From Pyrinomonadaceae bacterium (GTDB taxonomy: Bacteria; Acidobacteriota; Blastocatellia; Pyrinomonadales; Pyrinomonadaceae): a stretch of DNA of 64,000 nt. The stretch spans positions 4,272 to 68,271 of the forward strand of contig JALHNX010000003.1 of NCBI GenBank assembly GCA_022843305.1. The letters are read 5' to 3'. The translations under genes were made by a program, and so were the position numbers. Below are positions 8,999-17,685 of the stretch, one piece after another. The notes beneath the pieces were generated by a model. That model had not been told where the DNA came from. It worked only from the letters and a program-made list of their open reading frames with translations, and searched no databases. The stretch's first letter is position 1. Every line of letters starts with the position of its first letter.

Positions 8999-10717
8999 TT
9001 ATTGTTTTTTGGTTGTCGTTTGTTTGGTTGTCGTTTGTTTAGTCGCCGGTTGGACACTTGCCGGAGTATTATTTACGACCGTCGCTGCGACATTTCTGAC
9101 ATTCGCTACCGGCGCAACGCTCCAGTTGATTTCTCCGGCTTCCTGCATATAGTCGTAAATAATGTTCATATTCGGCGGAAGCGCACCGCCGTTCATCTGC
9201 TGATACATGGCGACATATTCCTTTAAGTCGTTGACAATTTCCGTAATGTTGTTGGTCGAACGTCCGCTCATTTTCGTTAAAGCGTAGTAAAACCTTGCCT
9301 GCGGGTTGGCTCTGCGGTCGTCAAGTTCAATAGCTTTGGCAAACATCCGTAAGGCTTCTTCTCTTTCACCCGCTTTTCGCGCCGTCAGTTTCAAAACTTT
9401 GCCGTAATAAAAATAACTGAGCGCGTCGTCCGAACGAATCGCCAGTGATTGGTCGAGGTTTCGGGCGGCGAGTTTATACATATCGTAATAAAAAGCGGTG
9501 ATGCCGTTGTCGCGTTTGAGAACCGCCATGATATTTTCAAATTCGCCGTCGCCCGCCATTATTTCGCCGTTCTGAATTTTCATTTTAATCTCATCAGCCA
9601 TTTTTTCCTGATTTTTTTTCATTCGGTCCGTCGTGACGGTCGAATTGCGGTCGAGCGAAAGCGCTTTTCCGCGCAGGTTTGTTGCGCCGAAAGTAGTTTT
9701 GGCAATCGTTGAAGAATTGGCTCCGGCAATCCATCCGTTCACGGCTTTGCGACGTTCTTCGGTGCGTTTACGGTCGGCGAAACGGTCGAGTTCGAGACGC
9801 GGATCTTCATTGACGGCAGTTTTCAGCGTTTCGTAAAACGTCTGGGTTTCGCGGACATCGTAATTGCGTCCAAGCATATATTCCATCGCTATTTTGTCGG
9901 CATCGTCCTCTTGCGCGAGCGACCATTCAAACGCCTTCGGGTCAACCAATTTTGCGACCGATTTGCCGAGCGACGAACCGGCTCCGATTAAAAACAGGCT
10001 ATTGCCGCCCAGCAAGCCGGCAGTCATACCGCCCGCAATCGCGCCGAAAATGCTCGCTTTTCTTTCCTGGTCTTTGGTGGCATCCTCAACCCATTTTGCG
10101 ACCATTACATCCTGCCGCCAATGTTCCTTTTCGACGTGCGCGATTTCGTGTGAAAGTATGTAGGCAAGCTGCGCTTCATTATCCACCAGCGAGAGCAGTC
10201 CGGTCGAGATATAGACTGTGCCGGTCGAAAGCGAACGCGCGTCAGGCATCGGATTGAGCGTGATTTTAAAACCGTAAAGTTTATCCGAGTTTTGCGGAAC
10301 GAGCGATTGTCCGACACGGTTAACATAATCCTGTGCCAAAAGATTGTCGTAAAGTGTGTCGTTGTTCTTCGGAATTTTATCGCCCGAATTGGTCATTACC
10401 CAATCATCGTTGTCAAGCGTGTTGTATTTAAATGCAAGCTGCGCGTGATCGCGTTGAAGACGGCGAAATTCATAATCAACATCTTCCTTGAATTCCGCAT
10501 CCCTGTTGTATTTCTCCTGTGCTTTAGCGAGTGTTTCTCCATATTTACGGATTTGTTTATCAACTCGTTTATCGTCTTTCTCGTTTTGTTTGGTTTCCTT
10601 TTTTTCCTCTTTGCTTTTCTCGACTTTTTGCGCCAGCGCGAACATCGGCATCATTAACGACAAAAACACAACTCCCGCAAGGATACGAACTGTAACCTTT
10701 ACTTCTCTTGTTTTCAT
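8999..10717 (-). CDS. Secreted M48-family zinc metallopeptidase with a C-terminal TPR-like region
   Basis: AGGAG followed by ATG. Signal/anchor VFLSLMMPMFALAQ. HEIAHVEKEH (HExxH) plus the downstream EDDADKIAMEYM motif typical of M48. The C-terminus has helical repeats and a TKQTTTKQTTTKKQ tail. Confidence 0.85.
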   Translation of the reverse strand: MKTREVKVTVRILAGVVFLSLMMPMFALAQKVEKSKEEKKETKQNEKDDKRVDKQIRKYGETLAKAQEKYNRDAEFKEDVDYEFRRLQRDHAQLAFKYNTLDNDDWVMTNSGDKIPKNNDTLYDNLLAQDYVNRVGQSLVPQNSDKLYGFKITLNPMPDARSLSTGTVYISTGLLSLVDNEAQLAYILSHEIAHVEKEHWRQDVMVAKWVEDATKDQERKASIFGAIAGGMTAGLLGGNSLFLIGAGSSLGKSVAKLVDPKAFEWSLAQEDDADKIAMEYMLGRNYDVRETQTFYETLKTAVNEDPRLELDRFADRKRTEERRKAVNGWIAGANSSTIAKTTFGATNLRGKALSLDRNSTVTTDRMKKNQEKMADEIKMKIQNGEIMAGDGEFENIMAVLKRDNGITAFYYDMYKLAARNLDQSLAIRSDDALSYFYYGKVLKLTARKAGEREEALRMFAKAIELDDRRANPQARFYYALTKMSGRSTNNITEIVNDLKEYVAMYQQMNGGALPPNMNIIYDYMQEAGEINWSVAPVANVRNVAATVVNNTPASVQPATKQTTTKQTTTKKQ

Positions 10718-10912
10718 TTTTTTTCGGACTCCTATTTCTTAATGTGATTTAAAAGTGTTAAACCTCAACACACAAAATGTATGATGACGAAATTAGTTAA
10801 GTATGAAAGCTTCCCCTTTTCCGAAAAAAACTGCTACTAAAGTATGTATGAATCTTTTACTACTTTTTTGGGATAATTACAAGGTTTTTTTTGAGATTTA
10901 ATGTTTTTGCAG

Positions 10913-11428
10913 TTAATCTTTGAGCCATTTTTGCATTTGCGGAAACGGTGAAACGCCGAGTTCGAGAGCTTTCCTTTCCGAGAAAGCCATTTCGTATTCT
11001 TCCAGACCCTTTAAGCCGACGAAAACGCCGAGGCTGAAATTAAACAACAGACTTTCCGCTTTTCCCTTGTAGCCGCCTTTGTGAAAGACGATGCGCGGGT
11101 CAATTTCGAGATAAACACAAGCCGCGTAAGACCACACAATCGCCTGCGTTTCCAAAGCGTCCGGATTTATGTCGGGCAAGACAACCTCATCGCATAACTG
11201 TCCGCGCAAATGAGCGGGCGCAACCGCCAGATGTCCCGCTTCGTGAAGCAAATCGCCGGGAAACGTGAGTTTTTTCTCGTCAACCAGAAGTTTGCCGTCT
11301 TTGACCAAAATTCCGGGCAGAAATGTTTCCTTATCAAATGTTGCGGGAATAATCCGAATGCCGATTTCCGTGAGAAAATCGGTGATTTTATTGGTCAAAT
11401 CGTTTTTAAAAAGATTGTTTTTCAACAC
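10913..11428 (-). CDS. Hypothetical protein with an HEAGH motif (possible metallo-hydrolase)
   Basis: Long ORF directly after the DUF5989 gene. The track TTG start at 11461 overlaps that gene, so GTG at 11428 is preferred. Contains LLHEAGHLAV. No family recognised. Confidence 0.5.
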   Translation of the reverse strand: MLKNNLFKNDLTNKITDFLTEIGIRIIPATFDKETFLPGILVKDGKLLVDEKKLTFPGDLLHEAGHLAVAPAHLRGQLCDEVVLPDINPDALETQAIVWSYAACVYLEIDPRIVFHKGGYKGKAESLLFNFSLGVFVGLKGLEEYEMAFSERKALELGVSPFPQMQKWLKD

Positions 11429-11432
11429 TTTT

Positions 11433-11591
11433 CTAAAAAATTGAATAAATAAACGGCGCAAGCGCGGAGCTTTGCGCCAGAACCAGAAGCATACTCATCA
11501 AAATCAAAATAATGAGGATCGGAAGCAGCCAGTATTTTTTGTTTTGGCGCATATAAAGCCAGATTTCTTTGACCAAAGACATTTTGCCCAT
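11433..11591 (-). CDS. DUF5989 (SxtK-like) small membrane protein
   Basis: MGKMSLVKEIWLYMRQNKKYWLLPILIILILMSMLLVLAQSSALAPFIYSIF matches the family pattern (K/R-K-(Y/F)-W-L-L-P-I...APFIY(S/T)(I/L)F) as I remember it. It starts 15 nt after the carbamoyltransferase stop. Confidence 0.75.
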   Translation of the reverse strand: MGKMSLVKEIWLYMRQNKKYWLLPILIILILMSMLLVLAQSSALAPFIYSIF

Positions 11592-11605
11592 AATTTTAAT
11601 ATTTT

Positions 11606-13825
11606 TTAGAAAAGCCGTTCGAAACGATCTTTCGTCTGCCGTGTCGCTTTGCGCTGTGTCCAATTACTTTCGCCTTTTTCGCCGCGCCGCCGAAGCGGAT
11701 CGCGCCCGACGATTCTGGAAACAAGATTATACGGCACGAACATCAGATAAAAAAGCAAAGTCAGCAAAATCATACTGTTGATATGCCCCAAAAACATCGC
11801 CAGCTTCATCCAGTAAACGTGAAAATATTTCGCCGCTTTCGGCAAAAAAATTCCAGTCAAACCAAAAATCGCGGTTAAACCCGCAAAAGTAATCGCCAAC
11901 GTTTCGTTTGAACGATAAAAATTATACGCGGCGATGAGCAGAAAAACCGCTGCGACGACCAATGCCGTGTTGCGCGCCTGCTTGTTTGTAACCTGTTCGA
12001 TTGCAGAAAATTTCGGCTTTTGCGGTTCGATGGATTCGAGCGATAAATTGCCGTTTTGCGCCCGTTTATCGAGCAGAATGTCTTCCATCACAAGAAAATC
12101 CATCTCGGTTTTCATAAAACATCGGTAAGCATCTTTAGGAGTGCAGACAATCGGTTCGCCGCGCACGTTGAAGGACGTATTGACAAGAATCGGACAGCCC
12201 GTTAAATCGTCAAACGCCGAAATTAAACCGTGATACGCCGGACTTTCCGCGCTTTCGACAGTCTGAATCCGCGCCGAATAATCAATATGCGTGACCGCCG
12301 GAATCGCCGAACGGCGTAAGTTAAGTTTTTCGATGCCGAAAAGTTTCTGCTCGTCTGCGGTCAACGCGACGCGCAAATTTTCCCTGACCGGCGCGACCAG
12401 CAGCATATACGGCGAATCGGTTTCGAGTTCAAAATATTCGGAAACTTTTTCACGCAGAACCGACGGCGCGAACGGGCGAAACGATTCGCGGAATTTTATC
12501 TTCAAATTCATCTGCGTCTGCATTTTCGGTGAACGCGCATCGCCCAGAATGCTGCGCCCGCCGAGCGCGCGCGGACCGAATTCCATTCGTCCCTGAAACC
12601 AGCCGACAACCTTTTCGTCCGCCAGATGTTTGGCAACGGTTTGATTTATTTCATTGCGCGGCAGTTTTTGAAAATTCGCGCCGACCGAATCGAGAAAATC
12701 TGTTATTTCGTCGTTCGTGAAATTCGGTCCGAGATAATAATTTTTCTTGCCGTTCGTTTGATATTTTGCCGCGTCGCGCTCGTTGCCGAGATATTGATAC
12801 CAAACCGAAAGTGCCGCGCCCAATGCGCCGCCCGCATCGCCCGCCGCCGGTTGAATCCAGATGTTTTCAAAAATCCGCTCACGCAAAATTCGTCCGTTGC
12901 CGACGCAGTTGAGCGCAACACCGCCCGCGAGACAAAGATTTTGTTCGCCGGTTTCTTTCTGAACGTGTCGCGCGATTTTAACCATCGCCATTTCGGTAAC
13001 TTCCTGAACGGAACGCGCTAAATCTAAGTGAATTTGGAGTAATTCGGTTTCGGGTTCGCGGCGCGGTTCGCCGAAAAGTTTCTCAAAATCCGCGTTAGTC
13101 ATCGTCAGTCCGGCGGCGAAATTGAAATATTTCATATTCAGCCGAATCGAGCCGTCTTCGTTAAGCGTGACGAGTTCATCCAAAATCTGCTGCGTATAAC
13201 GCGGTTCGCCGTATGGCGCGAGTCCCATCACTTTATATTCGCCCGAATTGACCCTGAAACCGAGATAATACGTGAACGCCGAATAAAGCAGACCGATTGA
13301 ATGCGGAAAATGCAATTCTTTGAGCAAATGCAGTTCGTTTCCCTGTCCGTAACCGTAACTCGTCGTCGCCCATTCGCCGACACCGTCCAGTGTTATAACG
13401 GCGGCGCGTTCAAACGGCGACGCGAAAAAAGCCGACGCGGCATGCGATTCGTGATGCTCGGTAAAAAGAATCTGCCCTTTGTAATTTAACGCTTTCGCGA
13501 TATTTTCGCGTGTCCAGAGCTTTTCCTTTAACCAAACCGGCATCGCTTTCAAAAACGAGTGCAACCCTTTCGGCGCGTAATCAATGTAAGTTTCCAAAAG
13601 CCGTTCAAACGTCAGCAGCGGTTTATCGTAAAACGCGACAAAATCCAGATCGTCAACCGTAATTCCGGCGTGTTTTAAACAATATTCGACCGCGTTTGAT
13701 GGAAAATTCGCGTCGTGTTTTCGGCGCGTGAAGCGTTCTTCCTGCGCCGCCGCGAGAATTTCGCCGTCGCGCACTAAACACGCGGCTGAATCGTGGTAAA
13801 AAGCTGAGATTCCTAAAATATACAT
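11606..13825 (-). CDS. Carbamoyltransferase (NodU/CmcH family) fused to a C-terminal SxtJ-like membrane domain
   Basis: N-terminus MYILGISAFYHDSAACLV and the long body are typical of NodU/CmcH. The last ~140 aa (VVAAVFLLIAAYNFY...WMKLAMFLGHINSMILLTLLFYLMFVPYNLVSRIVGRDPLRRR) resemble SxtJ. Confidence 0.9.
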   Translation of the reverse strand: MYILGISAFYHDSAACLVRDGEILAAAQEERFTRRKHDANFPSNAVEYCLKHAGITVDDLDFVAFYDKPLLTFERLLETYIDYAPKGLHSFLKAMPVWLKEKLWTRENIAKALNYKGQILFTEHHESHAASAFFASPFERAAVITLDGVGEWATTSYGYGQGNELHLLKELHFPHSIGLLYSAFTYYLGFRVNSGEYKVMGLAPYGEPRYTQQILDELVTLNEDGSIRLNMKYFNFAAGLTMTNADFEKLFGEPRREPETELLQIHLDLARSVQEVTEMAMVKIARHVQKETGEQNLCLAGGVALNCVGNGRILRERIFENIWIQPAAGDAGGALGAALSVWYQYLGNERDAAKYQTNGKKNYYLGPNFTNDEITDFLDSVGANFQKLPRNEINQTVAKHLADEKVVGWFQGRMEFGPRALGGRSILGDARSPKMQTQMNLKIKFRESFRPFAPSVLREKVSEYFELETDSPYMLLVAPVRENLRVALTADEQKLFGIEKLNLRRSAIPAVTHIDYSARIQTVESAESPAYHGLISAFDDLTGCPILVNTSFNVRGEPIVCTPKDAYRCFMKTEMDFLVMEDILLDKRAQNGNLSLESIEPQKPKFSAIEQVTNKQARNTALVVAAVFLLIAAYNFYRSNETLAITFAGLTAIFGLTGIFLPKAAKYFHVYWMKLAMFLGHINSMILLTLLFYLMFVPYNLVSRIVGRDPLRRRGEKGESNWTQRKATRQTKDRFERLF

Positions 13826-13835
13826 TTATAATTTT

Positions 13836-13932
13836 GGTTTTTGGTCTTTGGTTTTCGGTCTTTGATTTGTATTTCATTTAACCAAAATGGTTTATCAGAC
13901 AAAACACAAGCCGAAGACCAAAAACCGAAGAC
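13836..13932. repeat. Imperfect hairpin with arms made of degenerate heptamers (GGTCTTT/GGTTTTT)
   Basis: Left arm GGTTTTTGGTCTTTGGTTTTCGGTCTTTG (13836-13864). Right arm CAAGCCGAAGACCAAAAACCGAAGAC (13907-13932). Confidence 0.7.
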
Positions 13933-15201
13933 CTATTTAAAGAATTCCTCGCAGAGTTTTTGTGAGAGTTTTTCGCCCGCGACGCGATGACCGTCAATAT
14001 TCCAATGCCCATTGCCGATATTTTCGCCGAAACCGTGCAGATAAACTTTATTTTGTTCGGCAAAGAGTTGCAATTCGGGCGCGAGATTATAAACCGTAAA
14101 TTTTTCGCGCGTCCCGAGATTTTTGATGCGCGTGTCGGGATAAAAAATGTCGTTTGCGCCGATTTTTTCGAGAAAAGCGCGGCGCGGCGCGGCATCGGGA
14201 AAAACCTGTATGCCGTTGCTCAACGTGACGACCAGAAATTTCGCGTTTTTACTTTCAACTTCGTTGCGCATTTCGACGAGCAATCCTTCGGTTACGCGCC
14301 ACGCTTCCTGCCAAACCGCATCTGCCGGTTCGCGGTAAATCAAATTATCAATGCCGACATCTTCCGCCCGAACAACCGGGTTTGGTTGTTGCGGTGGTGC
14401 GGTTTCAGTCTTTTGCTGATTTGAAATTTGCTGTGTCGGAGTTTGTGCGCGTCTTTTTGCCAAATAATTTTTGAGCGAATACTGAGCTTGATGTCCGAGC
14501 TGGACAAACCGCAGATTATCTCTGAGCCACGTTCCCGATTTGCTCAGTTTTGATGTTCGCCAGCGAAACGCCGAAGTCGTGCGAAACGAATCGTCCAATT
14601 CGAGTTTGTCGCCGCGATAAACAAAATACGGGATTTCGTCGGTTTTCTTCAAAGCGCGTAAATTATCGGAAATATCGTTGTTCGTCGTTACCGCCAACAG
14701 CACAACGTCGGGCGAATATTCCCAAACCTGACGCTGCAAAGTTATCAATTCCTGCGCCGTGCCGTAACCCGAAACGCCGAAATTTATCACTTCGACCTGA
14801 CGACCGCCGAGCGCGGAACAGTTTTGAAGGCGATTTTCCGCGATTTTCCAAAAAGCGTTTTCAAGCGGAACCTGCAAGGCTTCCGCGTATGAATCGCCGA
14901 TCACCGCGATTCGCAAAGTGTTTGCCGGCTTTTGTTTATTATGTTCGACGTCGCGCAAACCGTCGCTGTTGATTCTGACGTAACTTTCGCCTTCTTTGCG
15001 ATACCAGCCTTCGATTTTCGGCGTTAAAACATAACCGCGATATTCGTCCGGCGAGTAAAACGTCGGGAACGAATAATTGATAATCCGCAAAGCGATTTCG
15101 GTAACGAATAAACCGATAACAAGGCTGATAAAAAGCAATGTAAATTTTACAAAAACCCGCTTTTTTCGGCTCCAATTTTGAGTTAGATTTTTTTGTTCCA
15201 T
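13933..15201 (-). CDS. Membrane-anchored SGNH/GDSL-family hydrolase
   Basis: ATG at 15201 (MEQKNLTQNW). TM helix FVKFTLLFISLVIGLFVTEIAL. Block I motif IAVIGDSYAEA. Confidence 0.8.
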   Translation of the reverse strand: MEQKNLTQNWSRKKRVFVKFTLLFISLVIGLFVTEIALRIINYSFPTFYSPDEYRGYVLTPKIEGWYRKEGESYVRINSDGLRDVEHNKQKPANTLRIAVIGDSYAEALQVPLENAFWKIAENRLQNCSALGGRQVEVINFGVSGYGTAQELITLQRQVWEYSPDVVLLAVTTNNDISDNLRALKKTDEIPYFVYRGDKLELDDSFRTTSAFRWRTSKLSKSGTWLRDNLRFVQLGHQAQYSLKNYLAKRRAQTPTQQISNQQKTETAPPQQPNPVVRAEDVGIDNLIYREPADAVWQEAWRVTEGLLVEMRNEVESKNAKFLVVTLSNGIQVFPDAAPRRAFLEKIGANDIFYPDTRIKNLGTREKFTVYNLAPELQLFAEQNKVYLHGFGENIGNGHWNIDGHRVAGEKLSQKLCEEFFK

Positions 15202-15332
15202 CCGGTGACGAAAAGATTCTAAAAAGTTTTTGAGAAATTGTCCAACTTCTCGAACCTTATCACATCTAAACATCTTTCAATAATTATATTGTCTAAACTT
15301 CGCCTGACAGGTATAATTATCCGTTTGGATTT

Positions 15333-17219
15333 ATGAGCAAAAAAATCATCGAAAGCTACCGGCAGAAACTTACGAACGAGGAAGGCTACGTCATCAAACA
15401 CGGCGCACGGCTTCGCATCGCATTGTGCTATCCGAACACGCACTCGATTGGAATGGCAAACCTCGGAATGCACACGATGTATGAGCTTTTCAACAAAATT
15501 CCCGAAGTTTCCTGCGAGCGGGTTTTTCTGCCGGATGATGCGGAAATGCGCGAATATGAAAAATCGCGCACACCGCTTTTATCTCTGGAAACACAAAAGC
15601 CGATTCGTGATTTTGATGTCGTCGCCTTTTCGATTTCGTTTGAAACCGATTATCTGAATATGGCGAAAATGCTGCAAATGTCGCAAATTCCGGTTTGGGC
15701 AAAAGACCGCAATCATTTTCACCCGCTTGTCGTGATGGGCGGCGCGGCTTCGTTCCTCAATCCCGAACCGATTGCCGATTTTACAGACATTATCGCCGTC
15801 GGCGAAGGCGAAATTCTCGCATTTCAATTAGTTGACGCGATTCTCGAACATAGCAATAAAGAAGATATTTTATTAAATCTCGCTCGCATCGGACGCGGAT
15901 TTTATATTCCTTCGTTTTACGATGTCGTGTATAACGACGACGGTACGGTTTTCGATTATCTGCCGAAAGAAAAAGGCGTTCCGAAGCGCGTCGGACGTGC
16001 GCTGGCGGCGGTTAATCCGAAAGAAGGAACGCTTCGTCGGGCGATCAAACGCGGCGAAAAGGAATTAGCCGATTTTCTCGTTAATCAGGATATTTTCTGC
16101 CCTTCGACAAGCGTTTGGTCACCCGGCGCGGAAATGGGCGACCGTCTTTTAGTCGAGATTTCGCGCGGTTGTTCGCAGGGCTGTCGTTTCTGCTGGGCGG
16201 GCTACAATTATTACCCGCCGCGCGTCGTTCCGGCGAAAGACATTCTGGCAAAAGCGCGTGAATGGCGCGATAAAACCGACAAGATCGGTCTGGTTTCAAC
16301 CGCCGTCTGCGATCATCCCGAAATTTCGACGATTTTGAGCGAACTCCGAAAAATGGAATATCGCATCACGGTTTCGTCGCTGCGGCTCGATCAGATTTCC
16401 GATGAACTGCTCGACGCGTTGGTCGAATCGAACGACCAGCAAATCGCGGTCGCGCCCGAAACCGGTTCGGACAGATTACGGCGAGTAATCAATAAAAATC
16501 TGACGAACGACGAAATCGTTGACATCTGCGGCGCGGTTTTCGACCGCGGAATGCTGACCGTCAAACTTTATATGATGGTCGGACTGCCGACCGAAACGCA
16601 GGAAGATTTAGACGAAATGTTTGTTCTCGTCGAGCGCATTAAAAATAGAATGCTCGAAGCCGGAAAGAAATTCGGTCGTGCCGGAAAAATAATTCCCTCG
16701 CTCAACGGCTTTGTGCCGAAACCGAATACGCCTCTGCAATGGGACGGAATCTGCGACGAGAAGGAATTGAAACAAAAAATAAAATACGTCTGCAAAGGAC
16801 TTTCACGGATTCCGAACGTCGAAGTTCGTTTTATGTCTGCCAAAATCGCGCACGAACAAGCCCTTTTTTCGTCGGGCGACCGAACCGTCGCCAAAGTCAT
16901 CGAAGCAGCGGCGCGAAACGGCAATAATATCAGAGAAACCTTGCGGCAAATGAATTTCGACGATTCATTCCATATCTCGCGTAACCGCAGTTACGACGAA
17001 TTTCTGCCGTGGTCAATCGTTGATTCGGGGCTTTCGTTTGAATTCCTGAAAACCGAAAACGAAAAAGCGCACGAAGCACTTTCCTCAAAGCCGTGTCCGG
17101 CGGTCGAGAAATGCACGACGTGCGGTGTTTGTCCGACAACCTGGCTGGCTGACGCGCCGACCAATCTGATACAAATTCATCACCTAAAAGTTCAGCAAAA
17201 CTTAGCTGCCGGTGTTTGA
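15333..17219 (+). CDS. B12-binding-domain radical SAM protein
   Basis: The N-terminal Rossmann-like region (RIALCYPN...VVAFSISF) precedes EISRGCSQGCRFCWAG (CxxxCxxC). Confidence 0.9.
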   Translation: MSKKIIESYRQKLTNEEGYVIKHGARLRIALCYPNTHSIGMANLGMHTMYELFNKIPEVSCERVFLPDDAEMREYEKSRTPLLSLETQKPIRDFDVVAFSISFETDYLNMAKMLQMSQIPVWAKDRNHFHPLVVMGGAASFLNPEPIADFTDIIAVGEGEILAFQLVDAILEHSNKEDILLNLARIGRGFYIPSFYDVVYNDDGTVFDYLPKEKGVPKRVGRALAAVNPKEGTLRRAIKRGEKELADFLVNQDIFCPSTSVWSPGAEMGDRLLVEISRGCSQGCRFCWAGYNYYPPRVVPAKDILAKAREWRDKTDKIGLVSTAVCDHPEISTILSELRKMEYRITVSSLRLDQISDELLDALVESNDQQIAVAPETGSDRLRRVINKNLTNDEIVDICGAVFDRGMLTVKLYMMVGLPTETQEDLDEMFVLVERIKNRMLEAGKKFGRAGKIIPSLNGFVPKPNTPLQWDGICDEKELKQKIKYVCKGLSRIPNVEVRFMSAKIAHEQALFSSGDRTVAKVIEAAARNGNNIRETLRQMNFDDSFHISRNRSYDEFLPWSIVDSGLSFEFLKTENEKAHEALSSKPCPAVEKCTTCGVCPTTWLADAPTNLIQIHHLKVQQNLAAGV

Positions 17220-17237
17220 TTTCAATCTTTTTCTTCT

Positions 17238-17645
17238 TTATTGTTTGGTCAAAAATCCGGTCGGCGTGGCGGTGTGATCAAATTCATATGGATAATTGTA
17301 AATGCCGAAAGGAAGGATCGGCACATCTTTCGTGTATGCGACATGTGCCTGAATCATATTATTAACCGCTTTAACTTCAACAAATGCGTCCGGCGGAACA
17401 TTATTGCTTTCAATTGAAAGCAGAATTTTATTTTTGATCATATCAGCCGGCGTACCTTTTCCCGGCACGGATATTCCCTGAATTACCGCCGTTTGCATAT
17501 CCTGTTTTAAGCTTTCGCCCGCATACGCTACCGGAATAAAATGGTAGCCGGCATTTCCAATTAAGTACAAAACCAGCAGAACCATCAATAATTTAACGCC
17601 TGCTCCGCCGTGTTCGGAACTACTTTTTTTTACAGCTTTTTTCAT
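17238..17645 (-). CDS. Membrane-anchored hypothetical protein
   Basis: AGGAG lies 10 nt upstream of ATG at 17645. Single TM helix VKLLMVLLVLYLIGNAGY. No family recognised. Confidence 0.6.
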   Translation of the reverse strand: MKKAVKKSSSEHGGAGVKLLMVLLVLYLIGNAGYHFIPVAYAGESLKQDMQTAVIQGISVPGKGTPADMIKNKILLSIESNNVPPDAFVEVKAVNNMIQAHVAYTKDVPILPFGIYNYPYEFDHTATPTGFLTKQ

Positions 17646-17685
17646 TTTGGACAATCTCCTCGAAAATGGATTTTTCAGGATAAAC

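Noticed and set aside
2551-10717. Bacterial gasdermin partner for the caspase-like proteases
   Set aside because: No ~250-aa cytoplasmic gasdermin-like ORF is adjacent. All cluster members carry signal peptides or TM helices, which does not fit the gasdermin-protease arrangement.
13878-14195. 105-aa ORF overlapping the 3' end of the SGNH hydrolase gene
   Set aside because: It is out of frame with a well-supported gene and extends into the heptamer hairpin. It has no features.
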